Shown: positions 1-8,759 of the stretch, piece after piece
Position numbering within the stretch: the stretch's first letter is position 1
How the letters are laid out: each line of letters begins with the position of its first letter
NCBI GenBank assembly: GCA_018985225.1
Contig: JADGIF010000204.1
Span: 1 to 14,836, forward strand
Source of the DNA: Amoeboradix gromovi X-113
Taxonomy: Eukaryota; Fungi; Sanchytriomycota
DNA: 14,836 nt
Direction: 5' to 3'
Translations under genes and position numbers: made by a program
The notes under the pieces: generated by a model
The model's input: only the letters and a program-made list of their open reading frames with translations
Database searches by the model: none
Told to the model about the DNA's origin: nothing

Positions 1-147
1 TAGTGATATTTTATTTGAAATAAAGATTGGATGAAAGAGTAAGAGAATAGCTGTACAGAATATTTATTCTCCTTTTACACTCGTCAACTCCGCAGCTAGC
101 TGAATGTCCACTCGCCTCTTGAATCCATAAAATTAATAAAGCTAAAA

Positions 148-203
148 TAATGTTCCAAGTTGTTACAGAAAGTTAGTCCAGTTTTTATATTTGATGTCCC
201 AAT
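148..203. repeat. Solo right end (TIR plus subterminal sequence) of the MITE family seen at 6490-6858
   Basis: 176-203 GTCCAGTTTTTATATTTGATGTCCCAAT matches the 6831-6858 TIR at 26/28; similarity continues ~28 nt inward (taatgttccaagttgttacagaaagtta vs taatggttcagattatttcagaaattta). The partner end would lie left of the window. Confidence 0.7.
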
Positions 204-1174
204 TGGAAGTACTTGAAATAATAAAGGCATTACGCCTTTCATAGCATCATAAAAGCCTTCGGATTAATGCTTTCTGCCGAGATTGAGAGTCGTAATGTCT
301 CGCTTTACTAGAATCGTCGTTGTAACAAGGCTTGGTTGTTCAATTGAAATCTTGTCCAATTCATCAGCGCGACCTTATTGGTTAACACTGAGTGTTATTG
401 ATTTTATTGATATATTCAATACCCTCGCTGTCGGTGCACAACTGGTTGTACAACTGTTTGCACAATGGCAATCATTTGATCTAATTGTTTAAAATGATAT
501 GTCGCTCCTGGCAAAATCTGATGAAAGCAAATAAAATTAAAGCATTTGTTGAATGTTTATTGGATATTTGTCCATAATTCATGGAAAAAATCCAAATGTA
601 CATAAAACCGGAATATTCAAGTTTCCTCTATAATTAATGTGACTTCTATTCAAGCCATTAGTTCAGGTGTTAATCAAGCTTACAGATGTGTCTTTGCTTA
701 TATCCATCATATCATTTAACCATTCGTATTTATAACAGCATTTCCTGGAAAAAATCTTTTGAGCACTTGTTAAATATCGTTCCGATACGCAATTTGATTA
801 CCATTTGACGGCGGGAGCATATTTATAGGAAATTTTCAAGAAAATTTAAACGTTATTAATGAATTTGATACTTTTAAAACATCATTGCTGTGAAGAGTAT
901 CAGTCCTTATGAGCGTCGGAACTCTATCATTTTTAGGTCTTATATCAAAACCACTACCTGAAGTAACCAAACAATTCTATCATGTTTATGGTAAATTACC
1001 AATTTAAGAGGTGTCCCTTCATGACACGATATTGATTGTATATCAGCACTACTGTTTAATAGTATTAAAAATCTCAATAAAGTCATTGAATCATGTTATG
1101 TGTAATGGTGCGAAGAACGAAGAATCTAAAACATGTACATTTGTAACACCAACTAGTGAACTTCAACGTTGACA

Positions 1175-1510
1175 TCATTTATTAAATCTTTGAGCTTGGT
1201 TTGCTACACCGTTTTTTAATGTTCTTAATACTGATTCAAGTTCTTTGAATAATGTTGTTTCGGCCTTAAGGTGATCTCGTGTTTTCTTGAGTCTTTCTAT
1301 ATCGTCTACCTTGCTTACTATGATGCTGTCCCCACCAATTCGTGCAAAGTCAGAATTTAATTTTGCAATTTGCGCTCTTAAACTTGCAATTTTCCTAGAT
1401 TCAGGGGTTTCATTGTTTTGACCTTGTCTTGAAGGTCCTAATGGAAGATTTCTTTTCCAAACTAGAGCAGGCAATGCGTAGGCTAGTATTAAATAAAATG
1501 TGATTTTCAT
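1175..1510 (-). CDS. Small putatively secreted protein (111 aa) with coiled-coil-like C-terminal half
   Basis: ATG to TGA ORF; N-terminus MKITFYLILAYALPALV resembles a signal peptide, followed by a dibasic KR; heptad-like segment IASLRAQIAKLNSDF...LKKTRDHLKAE. No family recognised. Confidence 0.55.
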   Translation of the reverse strand: MKITFYLILAYALPALVWKRNLPLGPSRQGQNNETPESRKIASLRAQIAKLNSDFARIGGDSIIVSKVDDIERLKKTRDHLKAETTLFKELESVLRTLKNGVANQAQRFNK

Positions 1511-2215
1511 TTGAAGCTTTTCTGTCTTGATATTAAATTCTGTTTTACAGGAATGCTAGGCGTGTTTGATTCGAAAACATTTTCTCTCTCAGGAATTTCA
1601 AGACTTTTTGACTGAGCCAGTTGAACACAATCTACATAATCCATACATCTTTCAAAACAGAGTTCACAAAGATAGACCTACACAGACAGAAAGTTGCATT
1701 TTGTATCGAATATATTCTCGGAGTTTTGTTGCCGATCAGATCTTCCGTTGAAAAACAGCTTTGGAATGACTTAAAAATTGCAAAATGCATTCACATTTAA
1801 AACCGTAATACATTGCAGTAACTAGATACCATCGAGTTTAGCGAGTAAAGTAGAAAATAAAAGGACTGTCTCAATATTACTTCAAAGAGCGCTTGAGTAC
1901 CACATAAAACAAAAGGAAAGACATTGGTGAATATGGCGAGCATTTCCTCAGCAAAGTCTTAAAGGTGTGGTACTTAGAAGAAAACAATCAGCAGACTGCA
2001 ATTGCACGATCTTCAATTTGAAAGTAGCTAGACACCACATGGCAACAGGGAACACATACTTGAATTATGTTCATGCTTTTCAATTACGCCTCAGAATAGT
2101 GGAAGCTTGGGTAACCACCTGAAAGGAGTGACTGGCGCTATTACTTCCTGTGGAAATTCTTGATTTTATAGTTAACCAGGACTTTTAGCTAGGAGATTTA
2201 TTAATAGCTGATATG

Positions 2216-3505
2216 TTAGCCCGACATGGTATCATCTTGATCATCTTCAGCGGGGTGAATATACAAAACCTCTTCAATTATCTTTCGGTCCAAATGCTTC
2301 CTACGAATAAAAGTACCATTTGCATAATCCAAAAAGTTTGATCTATTCAACGGCTTGTCCGATATTTGATCTAACTCATATAGACTTAAAATATCATCGC
2401 AATCCAGGTCAAATATGTTAAACCAATAATTCTGAGCTGTCGGATGGTTGAAATCGAATGAAAAGACGAACCAGCAGTATTCTTCAAAGGGTAAAGATGG
2501 CTCATGACTATTCAGGAATGCAGCACCGTTAAACACTCTATTCTTGGTGGCCTCGTTTATTCCCAAGTCATAGTGATATGGCACATTCCATGGCACATTA
2601 AATACCTTGAAATCACTAAATAGGTCATGAAATATCAAAAATCCGTACCAATTTGGATTGTTTAAGAATTCGTCTTTGTTCGAGACCAAATCGACTTGGT
2701 CCAGTACTTTATTCAAATCGCGCTGTTTTACTGTCTGCTTAAAATTATTCAACTCAAAGAATGTCTTTTGGCAGCAATAAGAAACATAGTATTCTCTGCA
2801 ATCCCCAAAAATTGGAAATATAAAATGCTCATAGTGATCATAGATACTGCCAAATAATAAGCAAAGAATTCTTAAAGACACTCTATTATTCGATTCCATG
2901 TAAAAGTCTGACTTGTTAATATGCATCCATATCATGGTGAAAATAAATTCTTTAAAATTCCAACAAGTCTCATCGTCATTACTGGTATAAAAAGAATCCT
3001 CATCAGCAACTTCCACCATTTGCAATTGAGACGCTCTACTCGTAGAATAGTCCAAATTACATGGAATCAAGCAGCTTTCCCACTCTAGGCCAAACAGTTC
3101 ATCTAGTGGATTAGAAGTTATGTTTAACTGTCTGAGAATAAGACACACAATTAAATTAGTAAATATACTCTGATCAAACAGATGAAGGAGTTTTGATATT
3201 TCTGCGGTGCTCAAGACATTGCCATTTGCATGAAATATTCGTTGCACTTTCTGCATTGACTCATTAAAATAATCTGGAATGTTATACTTTTGGGATATGC
3301 TCATTGGCTCTGCTATTATTTCGTCAATGGTATCTGAGTGGAATTCGTATTTGGAATCATGCTTGCTCATTTTTGATATATTCAAATGGCCTGTTGGAAT
3401 TTCTCTATTGATGTGATTCTCGTCGTCTATCTCGTCTATTAGAATCTTGCTACCCATGATATTTATAACGAATTTAGTTTTTAGTAAATTCAAAAGCGAA
3501 TCCAT
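2216..3505 (-). CDS. Divergent PP2A regulatory subunit B'' (PR72/PPP2R3 family, EF-hand)
   Basis: C-terminal RVFNGA...FEEYCWFVFS...HPTAQNYWFNIFDLDCDDILSLYEL matches the B'' signature (RIFSGA...YADFVWFLIS...TPTSIEYWFRCMDLDGDGALSMFEL). The true start may be ATG 3592, via a 21-nt intron at 3558-3578. Confidence 0.75.
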   Translation of the reverse strand: MDSLLNLLKTKFVINIMGSKILIDEIDDENHINREIPTGHLNISKMSKHDSKYEFHSDTIDEIIAEPMSISQKYNIPDYFNESMQKVQRIFHANGNVLSTAEISKLLHLFDQSIFTNLIVCLILRQLNITSNPLDELFGLEWESCLIPCNLDYSTSRASQLQMVEVADEDSFYTSNDDETCWNFKEFIFTMIWMHINKSDFYMESNNRVSLRILCLLFGSIYDHYEHFIFPIFGDCREYYVSYCCQKTFFELNNFKQTVKQRDLNKVLDQVDLVSNKDEFLNNPNWYGFLIFHDLFSDFKVFNVPWNVPYHYDLGINEATKNRVFNGAAFLNSHEPSLPFEEYCWFVFSFDFNHPTAQNYWFNIFDLDCDDILSLYELDQISDKPLNRSNFLDYANGTFIRRKHLDRKIIEEVLYIHPAEDDQDDTMSG

Positions 3506-3557
3506 GTTAATCGATACGTCGAGTGATTCCGACCAATTAACATAGCCAAATTCTAGG

Positions 3558-3578
3558 CTAGCGTAATTTATAATTTAC
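3558..3578 (-). other. Candidate 21-nt GT-AG intron near the 5' end of the B'' gene
   Basis: Minus strand GTAAATTATAAATTACGCTAG; removal joins ATG 3592 (MTAAA) in frame to LEFGYVNW...MDSLL of the 429-aa ORF and removes an in-frame TAA. No homology support. Confidence 0.4.
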
Positions 3579-4364
3579 GCTGCTGCAGTCATCGATTTTA
3601 ACTGTGTAACCATTTAATATCATTGCTTGAACTCTATCATTTGAGCATTCTCTCTTTCTAGAATTTTGTAACAAAATAAAAATTTGATGTGCTTTTTCTT
3701 CATCAATGGCAGATGACTGCGAATCAATATAGCCAGAAGATGTCGGAATTAAAAACATTACTAATGGATGCGGAGCATGTTCTTGTATGGGCCTGTCTAA
3801 TCGCCTCTCAGTGCCAGGAAACAACCTCTTATAATACTTAGAGATATAAGTGAGACGTTAAATATTTCCACATCTTTCCGAAAGAGTTAGGACTGTATGC
3901 AAGAGTGTTATCCCAAAAATCAGGAAGACAATTGTTTTGATAAAAGTTTGCTCCCAAACATGATATACAATGATGGAAAAAGTGAAATAAGGGAAATTTT
4001 ATTTACTATGCTTTGAGCGGGTGAAATTGTTATTTCTTGTTCCTCAACATTGGATGAAAGGAGAATAAATAGCAACAATCAATGGTCTCCTAAGTTGAAT
4101 GATAAAATATGGCATCTCCATACTTGAAAAGTGAAAATTTAAACCCAACTAGCAGCATCACGAACAAATTTCTCACAGTAATAAATTATGAAGAATCCAT
4201 GGTAGTTGACAAGCATAAGGCCAACAGAGTCCGATACAAAGCAAAATTAAGGTTCTACAATACTCTGTGCTCATAAAACTAATTTCTGCGGCGGAACTCA
4301 AAGAAGCTACGCAATCATATTCACTAGGCAGAAATTCAACATAGATTCGATGCCTTGATGTAAG

Positions 4365-6116
4365 TTATTTCATTTCAATGTTTTCGACACTCTCTTCGTG
4401 CATCGAATGAATGAAATCTACTCCACAATCCAGAATCAGCTTTATCGAAGTGCTATTTATATTTATTACATCAAAGGTTTTGCTCATTTTTGAATATTTG
4501 ATATACATGTCATTGATTGCTTTCACCGCACTATAATCCAAGCAATTACATTCTTTCATATCCAAAATGACATTATCCGGATCTCTAAAAACATCGAACT
4601 TGTCATTGAACAAATGCACAGATCCGAAATAAAGTGGCCCTTGACAGATGTAAACTTTGTCTTGTTTATTGTTTACAGTTATTTTTAATAACTTACTGGA
4701 TCCCCAACTGTTACAGAGTGCTGCCAAGACTACGCCTGCAAACACCGCTGTGGCCAAGTTGTACATAACAGCCAATACGGTGACTAATACAATAACCATT
4801 GAATCCTGCACTGGTATTTTGAACAGCAAGAAGAATGATCTCCAATAAAATGTTTTAAACACAATTACCCACAATACACCTGATAAGCAAGCTACAGGGG
4901 CCAGCTTAATTACAAAGGGCAAGCCAGTTATAAATATTAGTACACTGAATCCCACAGATATTCCGCTTAATCTGTTCTTGCCTCCATTATAAACGTTAGC
5001 CATTGCTTGAGCAATCATAGCACCTCCCCCTTGAGTCTTAAATAAGCCACATACCAAATTTGCCAAGCCCTGCGCAAATGATTCTTGAATAGCCATCTGT
5101 GACGTGGTTGTAATTTGCAATTTTTCACTTACGGTAACCAGTGTCATTATTGATTCACAAAGTCCAATTAACGCCAACATCGCTGCATACAGCAATGCTA
5201 CATTCCATCTAATGTTAGATATGTTAGGTAAGCCGGGCACAGGGAAATTTCCAGTAATGTTGGAAATATCACCAACAGTTCTAACTGCTTGATGTATTAG
5301 AGTTCTGTTTATCAAATGCTCCCACATGGTAGTAAAGCACAGTGCTACAAGAGTGTTCGGTAGTATTTTGCCTATTCTGGGCACCATAGGAAACAGCACC
5401 ATGATTATCACCGTTTGAAAAACGCAAAGTATAGTCAACCACAGCTCTAGAGAGTTTGTATCCATATAATACAATTTATTTTGAATAGAGCATTCTGTAA
5501 ATGTACCGGAATCACATGTTTTGAATATTGTTAGTTGAGTAATAAATATTAAAATGCTAAGGCCATTTAAAAATCCAATCATTGCAGTCTCTGGTATTAG
5601 CTTGATAAATTTTGCCAACTTGAATAAGCCAACTAGCATTTGAAGTATACCTACGAATATGATCGTTAACCACACATATTCACGTCGTTCTTTAACAGGC
5701 AAATCGCCAAGCGGACCCAAGTTGTCCATTAGTTCTTTAGTCACAACTGCCAGTGCACCTGCTGCACCATTAGCCATTCCACCAACACTAGTGAATAGGC
5801 TAGCTATAACTGCCATAAAAACTGTAGCAAACAAACCATCTTCAGGTTCTAGATGAGCAGCATAACTGAATGCTACAACTTCAGGAACCATTAGTGTGCT
5901 GACGCATAAACCAGAAAGAACTTCCTTTATAAGCACATCGTTGTTGTTGTAATAATACTGAATGCTATGTAATGAAAAGTGAAATATTTTTATTGGCCAC
6001 TTGGTGATAACAGTTAAACTTTCTATCTCATTAATCAGCGATGACCTAATAGAGAGATAGCAGGTGTTGATATCTTTAAGCAAATTGTTAAAATCATTAA
6101 AAACTGATGATTTCAT
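4365..6116 (-). CDS. SulP/SLC26 family inorganic anion transporter with C-terminal STAS domain, bacterial-like subfamily
   Basis: Motifs EVLSGLCVSTLMVPEVVAFS, GMANGAAGALAVV, ESFAQGLANLVCGLF..GGGAMIAQ and STAS GPLYFGS..DPDNVILD..LDYSAVKAI; many TM segments. First ATG is at 6116 (the ORF track starts at TTG 6119). Confidence 0.93.
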   Translation of the reverse strand: MKSSVFNDFNNLLKDINTCYLSIRSSLINEIESLTVITKWPIKIFHFSLHSIQYYYNNNDVLIKEVLSGLCVSTLMVPEVVAFSYAAHLEPEDGLFATVFMAVIASLFTSVGGMANGAAGALAVVTKELMDNLGPLGDLPVKERREYVWLTIIFVGILQMLVGLFKLAKFIKLIPETAMIGFLNGLSILIFITQLTIFKTCDSGTFTECSIQNKLYYMDTNSLELWLTILCVFQTVIIMVLFPMVPRIGKILPNTLVALCFTTMWEHLINRTLIHQAVRTVGDISNITGNFPVPGLPNISNIRWNVALLYAAMLALIGLCESIMTLVTVSEKLQITTTSQMAIQESFAQGLANLVCGLFKTQGGGAMIAQAMANVYNGGKNRLSGISVGFSVLIFITGLPFVIKLAPVACLSGVLWVIVFKTFYWRSFFLLFKIPVQDSMVIVLVTVLAVMYNLATAVFAGVVLAALCNSWGSSKLLKITVNNKQDKVYICQGPLYFGSVHLFNDKFDVFRDPDNVILDMKECNCLDYSAVKAINDMYIKYSKMSKTFDVININSTSIKLILDCGVDFIHSMHEESVENIEMK

Positions 6117-6158
6117 CAAGTATTATGATTTGTAAATGTTTTAAGGGTTTGTGACAAA

Positions 6159-6205
6159 CGCCCACATTAAATACGAATAAATTCGACATCTCTCAAGTGT
6201 AGGCA
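6159..6205 (-). ncRNA. Putative omegaRNA scaffold 3' hairpin, copy A (shortened apical stem)
   Basis: TGCCTACA pairs with TGTGGGCG; AGATG(T)CGAA pairs with TTCGTATTT; same architecture as copies B-D. Confidence 0.5.
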
Positions 6206-6310
6206 ACTTGGTAATTCCTAACTATATAGATAATAGGGTGCCTGGATTAAAATCTCTATGATCTTGGTAACCACAAGATGAACATCTAAACCAACCACCT
6301 ATGAAAATTT
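6159..6310 (-). mobile_element. Fanzor/TnpB relic A (3' fragment: zinc-finger half, RuvC-III, conserved right end)
   Basis: Minus-strand translation from 6296: GWFRCSSCGYQDHRDFNPG...TKLPTLERC, homologous to relics B-D; ends in ATTCGTATTTAATGTGGGCG (6178-6159). Confidence 0.75.
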
Positions 6311-6489
6311 TGATTCCTAGTGCAGTTTTTAGGTTATCCTCCTACTTAAAAATGAGGACATTTTTTCAGAATGGGTCTCATATATCAAATGCATTCAGTT
6401 AATTCAGCATCCTGCGTGTGCAGGAAACAATATGAAGTGACTTATTGTTCGATATTCATCGTATTTTTCCTTTCTTCAAGTATGTATTA

Positions 6490-6858
6490 AGTGGGACACC
6501 AAATATAAAAACTAGACCAAGTCTTTTTTAAAGCAAGTGCTCCGTAAGGAGAAAGTATTATTAATAAAAGCCCTTCTTCTTTCAAACCAATTTTCTTTCA
6601 TTAATGTCATTCCCCTCTTTAAAATGTAACAAGATGTCCATTTCTTTATCTTCTTACCACCTTTCGTATAACTTATTTGTTGTTTTCTCTTCTTCTTATT
6701 AATCATTGTTTCTAAGACTCTGATGGATGAAAAACTATTATACTAGAATAATTTACTTGAACAGATTAATTTAATTTACTATCGGTTAATACACACTTGA
6801 AGTAATGGTTCAGATTATTTCAGAAATTTAGTCTAGTTTTTATATTTGATGTCCCACT
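6490..6858. mobile_element. MITE / non-autonomous DNA transposon, 369 bp, 28-bp terminal inverted repeats
   Basis: 6490-6517 AGTGGGACACCAAATATAAAAACTAGAC vs reverse complement of 6831-6858 AGTGGGACATCAAATATAAAAACTAGAC (27/28); third TIR copy at 176-203. No clean target-site duplication seen. Confidence 0.8.
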
Positions 6859-7090
6859 CGTTTATTAGCTATTTCTTTAGAACTTAATGAATTTCAATAG
6901 ATGAATACAAAGAATATCCAATTTTCATGCCACTGGGCGAATCCGCTGAAAGAATTATTGTGCAATATAAGTGACGCAGTCTATATGAATGTCTTATTTA
7001 ACCTAAACCAATGACTGATTTCATGATCACGATCTGATGTAATATTAAATGATCAGGAGTTGCTTCAATAACTCCTAGATTAAAATCAAA

Positions 7091-8227
7091 ATGATTGCGC
7101 TTGCATCTATTTTCGGGTTCCTTCTGCACGATGAGGTTGACAGCTTATTTTTACCCTTGCACAATTTCGTAACATCATTTAAACCTGGTGACGACCTTAC
7201 AAGTTCGGCTTTCGCTGAAGTGCACAAAAATACGCATCCTCTTCTAGATTGTAATTGGAAAAATTCCATCAAACCTAAAGATCATGCGAGAAATATGAAC
7301 TGCAGGATGTTGGTAAATTCTATCAAAGATCCTTCACTGGTAGGAAATTTTTTAGATTCTAAGTTAGGTTGCCGCACTACCTTGTCTTATTTTATAGATA
7401 ATGAATCGAATTACAGTTTCAAGTATCTTGCGGCACTGTGGCCTTATATGCTGAAATTTGATATCGGATTTGGATTTGAGTACAAATTTAATCGATTCAT
7501 TGAAAAGCAACAAGATGCAATCGATTATATCAAGACTGGTGTTAGTGCGGAAACACCTGACTTTAGAATATATGTTTCTTATGTGGTGTTCTGTAAGACG
7601 AAAGTGGAGCAAAGAACAAGAAAATTATTTGAAACTGTTAACAATCCTGACCAGTGGCTCTATTTCATATCAGTGACACAATTGTCTGATAGTTTCTCAC
7701 TTAAACAAGAATTAAGAGAGATTTTGACTTTGGATTTTATTAAGCGAAGTACAACCGCAATAAACCTTACTTGGTCATTTTCCATGAACATGGATGATTT
7801 TCTACAATACGATAACTGGTACCTTGTTTTGAAAGAAGTTTTTAGTCTGGAAAAAGATACCAAAGCTTTATCCTTTCTCTGTTTACGCTTCGCAAGAACA
7901 AACGACTTTGGTATATTTCAGGATTTATACGAGGATATACCTTATACTGATGAGCCAGCACTTGCAGCACTGTATAAGCTACATGGCATCGATCACGAGC
8001 AAGTAACCAATCTTGCGTTACAAAAACTGTCTAGCAAGACTACTTCAATTAAGCTTCGTAATATGTATTTAATAGTGTTATACATTATGATTGAAAATTT
8101 TACGCCGCAGAATCCAACTCTATACAGAAGTATTGAAAGTACTATGTATTTGGACCAGATACAGAAATACCCCCAACATAATTATGTGCTATATAAAGAA
8201 CTCGTTTCTAACTCGGGCACGTCTTGA
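7091..8227 (+). CDS. Hypothetical protein, 378 aa, possible N-terminal signal peptide, probably helical
   Basis: Long uninterrupted ATG to TGA ORF in AT-rich DNA; hydrophobic N-terminus MIALASIFGFLL; no family recognised. Confidence 0.75.
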   Translation: MIALASIFGFLLHDEVDSLFLPLHNFVTSFKPGDDLTSSAFAEVHKNTHPLLDCNWKNSIKPKDHARNMNCRMLVNSIKDPSLVGNFLDSKLGCRTTLSYFIDNESNYSFKYLAALWPYMLKFDIGFGFEYKFNRFIEKQQDAIDYIKTGVSAETPDFRIYVSYVVFCKTKVEQRTRKLFETVNNPDQWLYFISVTQLSDSFSLKQELREILTLDFIKRSTTAINLTWSFSMNMDDFLQYDNWYLVLKEVFSLEKDTKALSFLCLRFARTNDFGIFQDLYEDIPYTDEPALAALYKLHGIDHEQVTNLALQKLSSKTTSIKLRNMYLIVLYIMIENFTPQNPTLYRSIESTMYLDQIQKYPQHNYVLYKELVSNSGTS

Positions 8228-8246
8228 TTAATCAGTATTTGTTTGC

Positions 8247-8302
8247 CGCCTACGTTAAATGTGAAGAAACAAATCAGAGTTCACATTTCTCAAGTGTAGA
8301 CA
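8247..8302 (-). ncRNA. Putative omegaRNA scaffold 3' hairpin, copy B
   Basis: TGTCTAC/GTAGGCG outer stem and perfect AAATGTGAA/TTCACATTT middle stem, overlapping the last codons of the nuclease frame. Confidence 0.55.
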
Positions 8303-8759
8303 GCTTGGGTAGCTATCTCTCAGACACATTTTTGCCTGGATTGATACCTCAATGGTATTTGTGACCGCAATTGTAGCATTTGAGCCTTCTCGAATGTACG
8401 CTTTCTCTCGATTAATGATTATATTTAAAACACACAATGGTCGAATACGCCCTGTTTATAATAAATAGTTTCTGGTTCTGTAACTTGCATTTAGGGGATA
8501 GTCTTTGCTTAAAGGTATAGCGTCTAAGAGGCTACATCTCTCTGTTTTCATGTCTAGTAAGATTTTTAATTATTTATCGTGTTGCCATTTCTGGCAATAA
8601 GATCACTGGGTGCTTGCACAGAGAGTTTATCGTTTCATAATTCATTGTGGTAGCGAAATCTTCTATTTTTTGGTACCATCACGTTTTCTTTTTTGAAGTG
8701 TTACCGCGTTTCCTGACGTTCACAAACTCTGTATTGTACTGAAACCAGAGCAAAAACAT
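8247..8759 (-). pseudogene. Fanzor2/IS607-TnpB-like nuclease pseudogene, relic B (RuvC-II region, zinc finger, RuvC-III, right end)
   Basis: One frame 8759-8274 with 6 internal stops: ...WYQKIEDFATTMNYETINSLCKHPVILLPEMATR*IIKNLTRHENREM*PLRRYTFKQRLSPKCKLQNQKLFIINRAYSTIVCFKYNH*SRESVHSRRLKCYNCGHKYH*GINPGKNV...LSTLEKCEL*. This follows the Fanzor2-type order KI.N...LH.KTINYL...Y.VILLP / L.HY.FKQRL..KC / I.E.YTS..C..C / C..CG...RD.N. Ends in CTTCACATTTAACGTAGGCG (8266-8247). Confidence 0.85.

Noticed and set aside
200-500. 69-aa plus-strand ORF and a stop-interrupted minus-strand frame
   Set aside because: No recognisable product; possibly a decayed gene but unsupported.
1789-1800. TTCACATTTAA resembling the Fanzor end motif
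   Set aside because: No GTAGGCG, no hairpin partner and no upstream zinc-finger coding similarity.
3558-4140. 88-aa ORF and possible 20-nt GT-AG introns upstream of it
   Set aside because: No homology and no consistent spliced frame; such GT..AG spacings arise by chance.
4657-5856. Short plus-strand ORFs 4657-4848, 5104-5292 and 5659-5856
   Set aside because: Antisense shadows of the SulP gene.
7075-7863. Short ORFs overlapping the 378-aa gene
   Set aside because: Alternative-frame or antisense shadows.
8255-8437. 60-aa minus-strand ORF
   Set aside because: Wrong frame of Fanzor relic B; the homologous frame is the stop-interrupted one.
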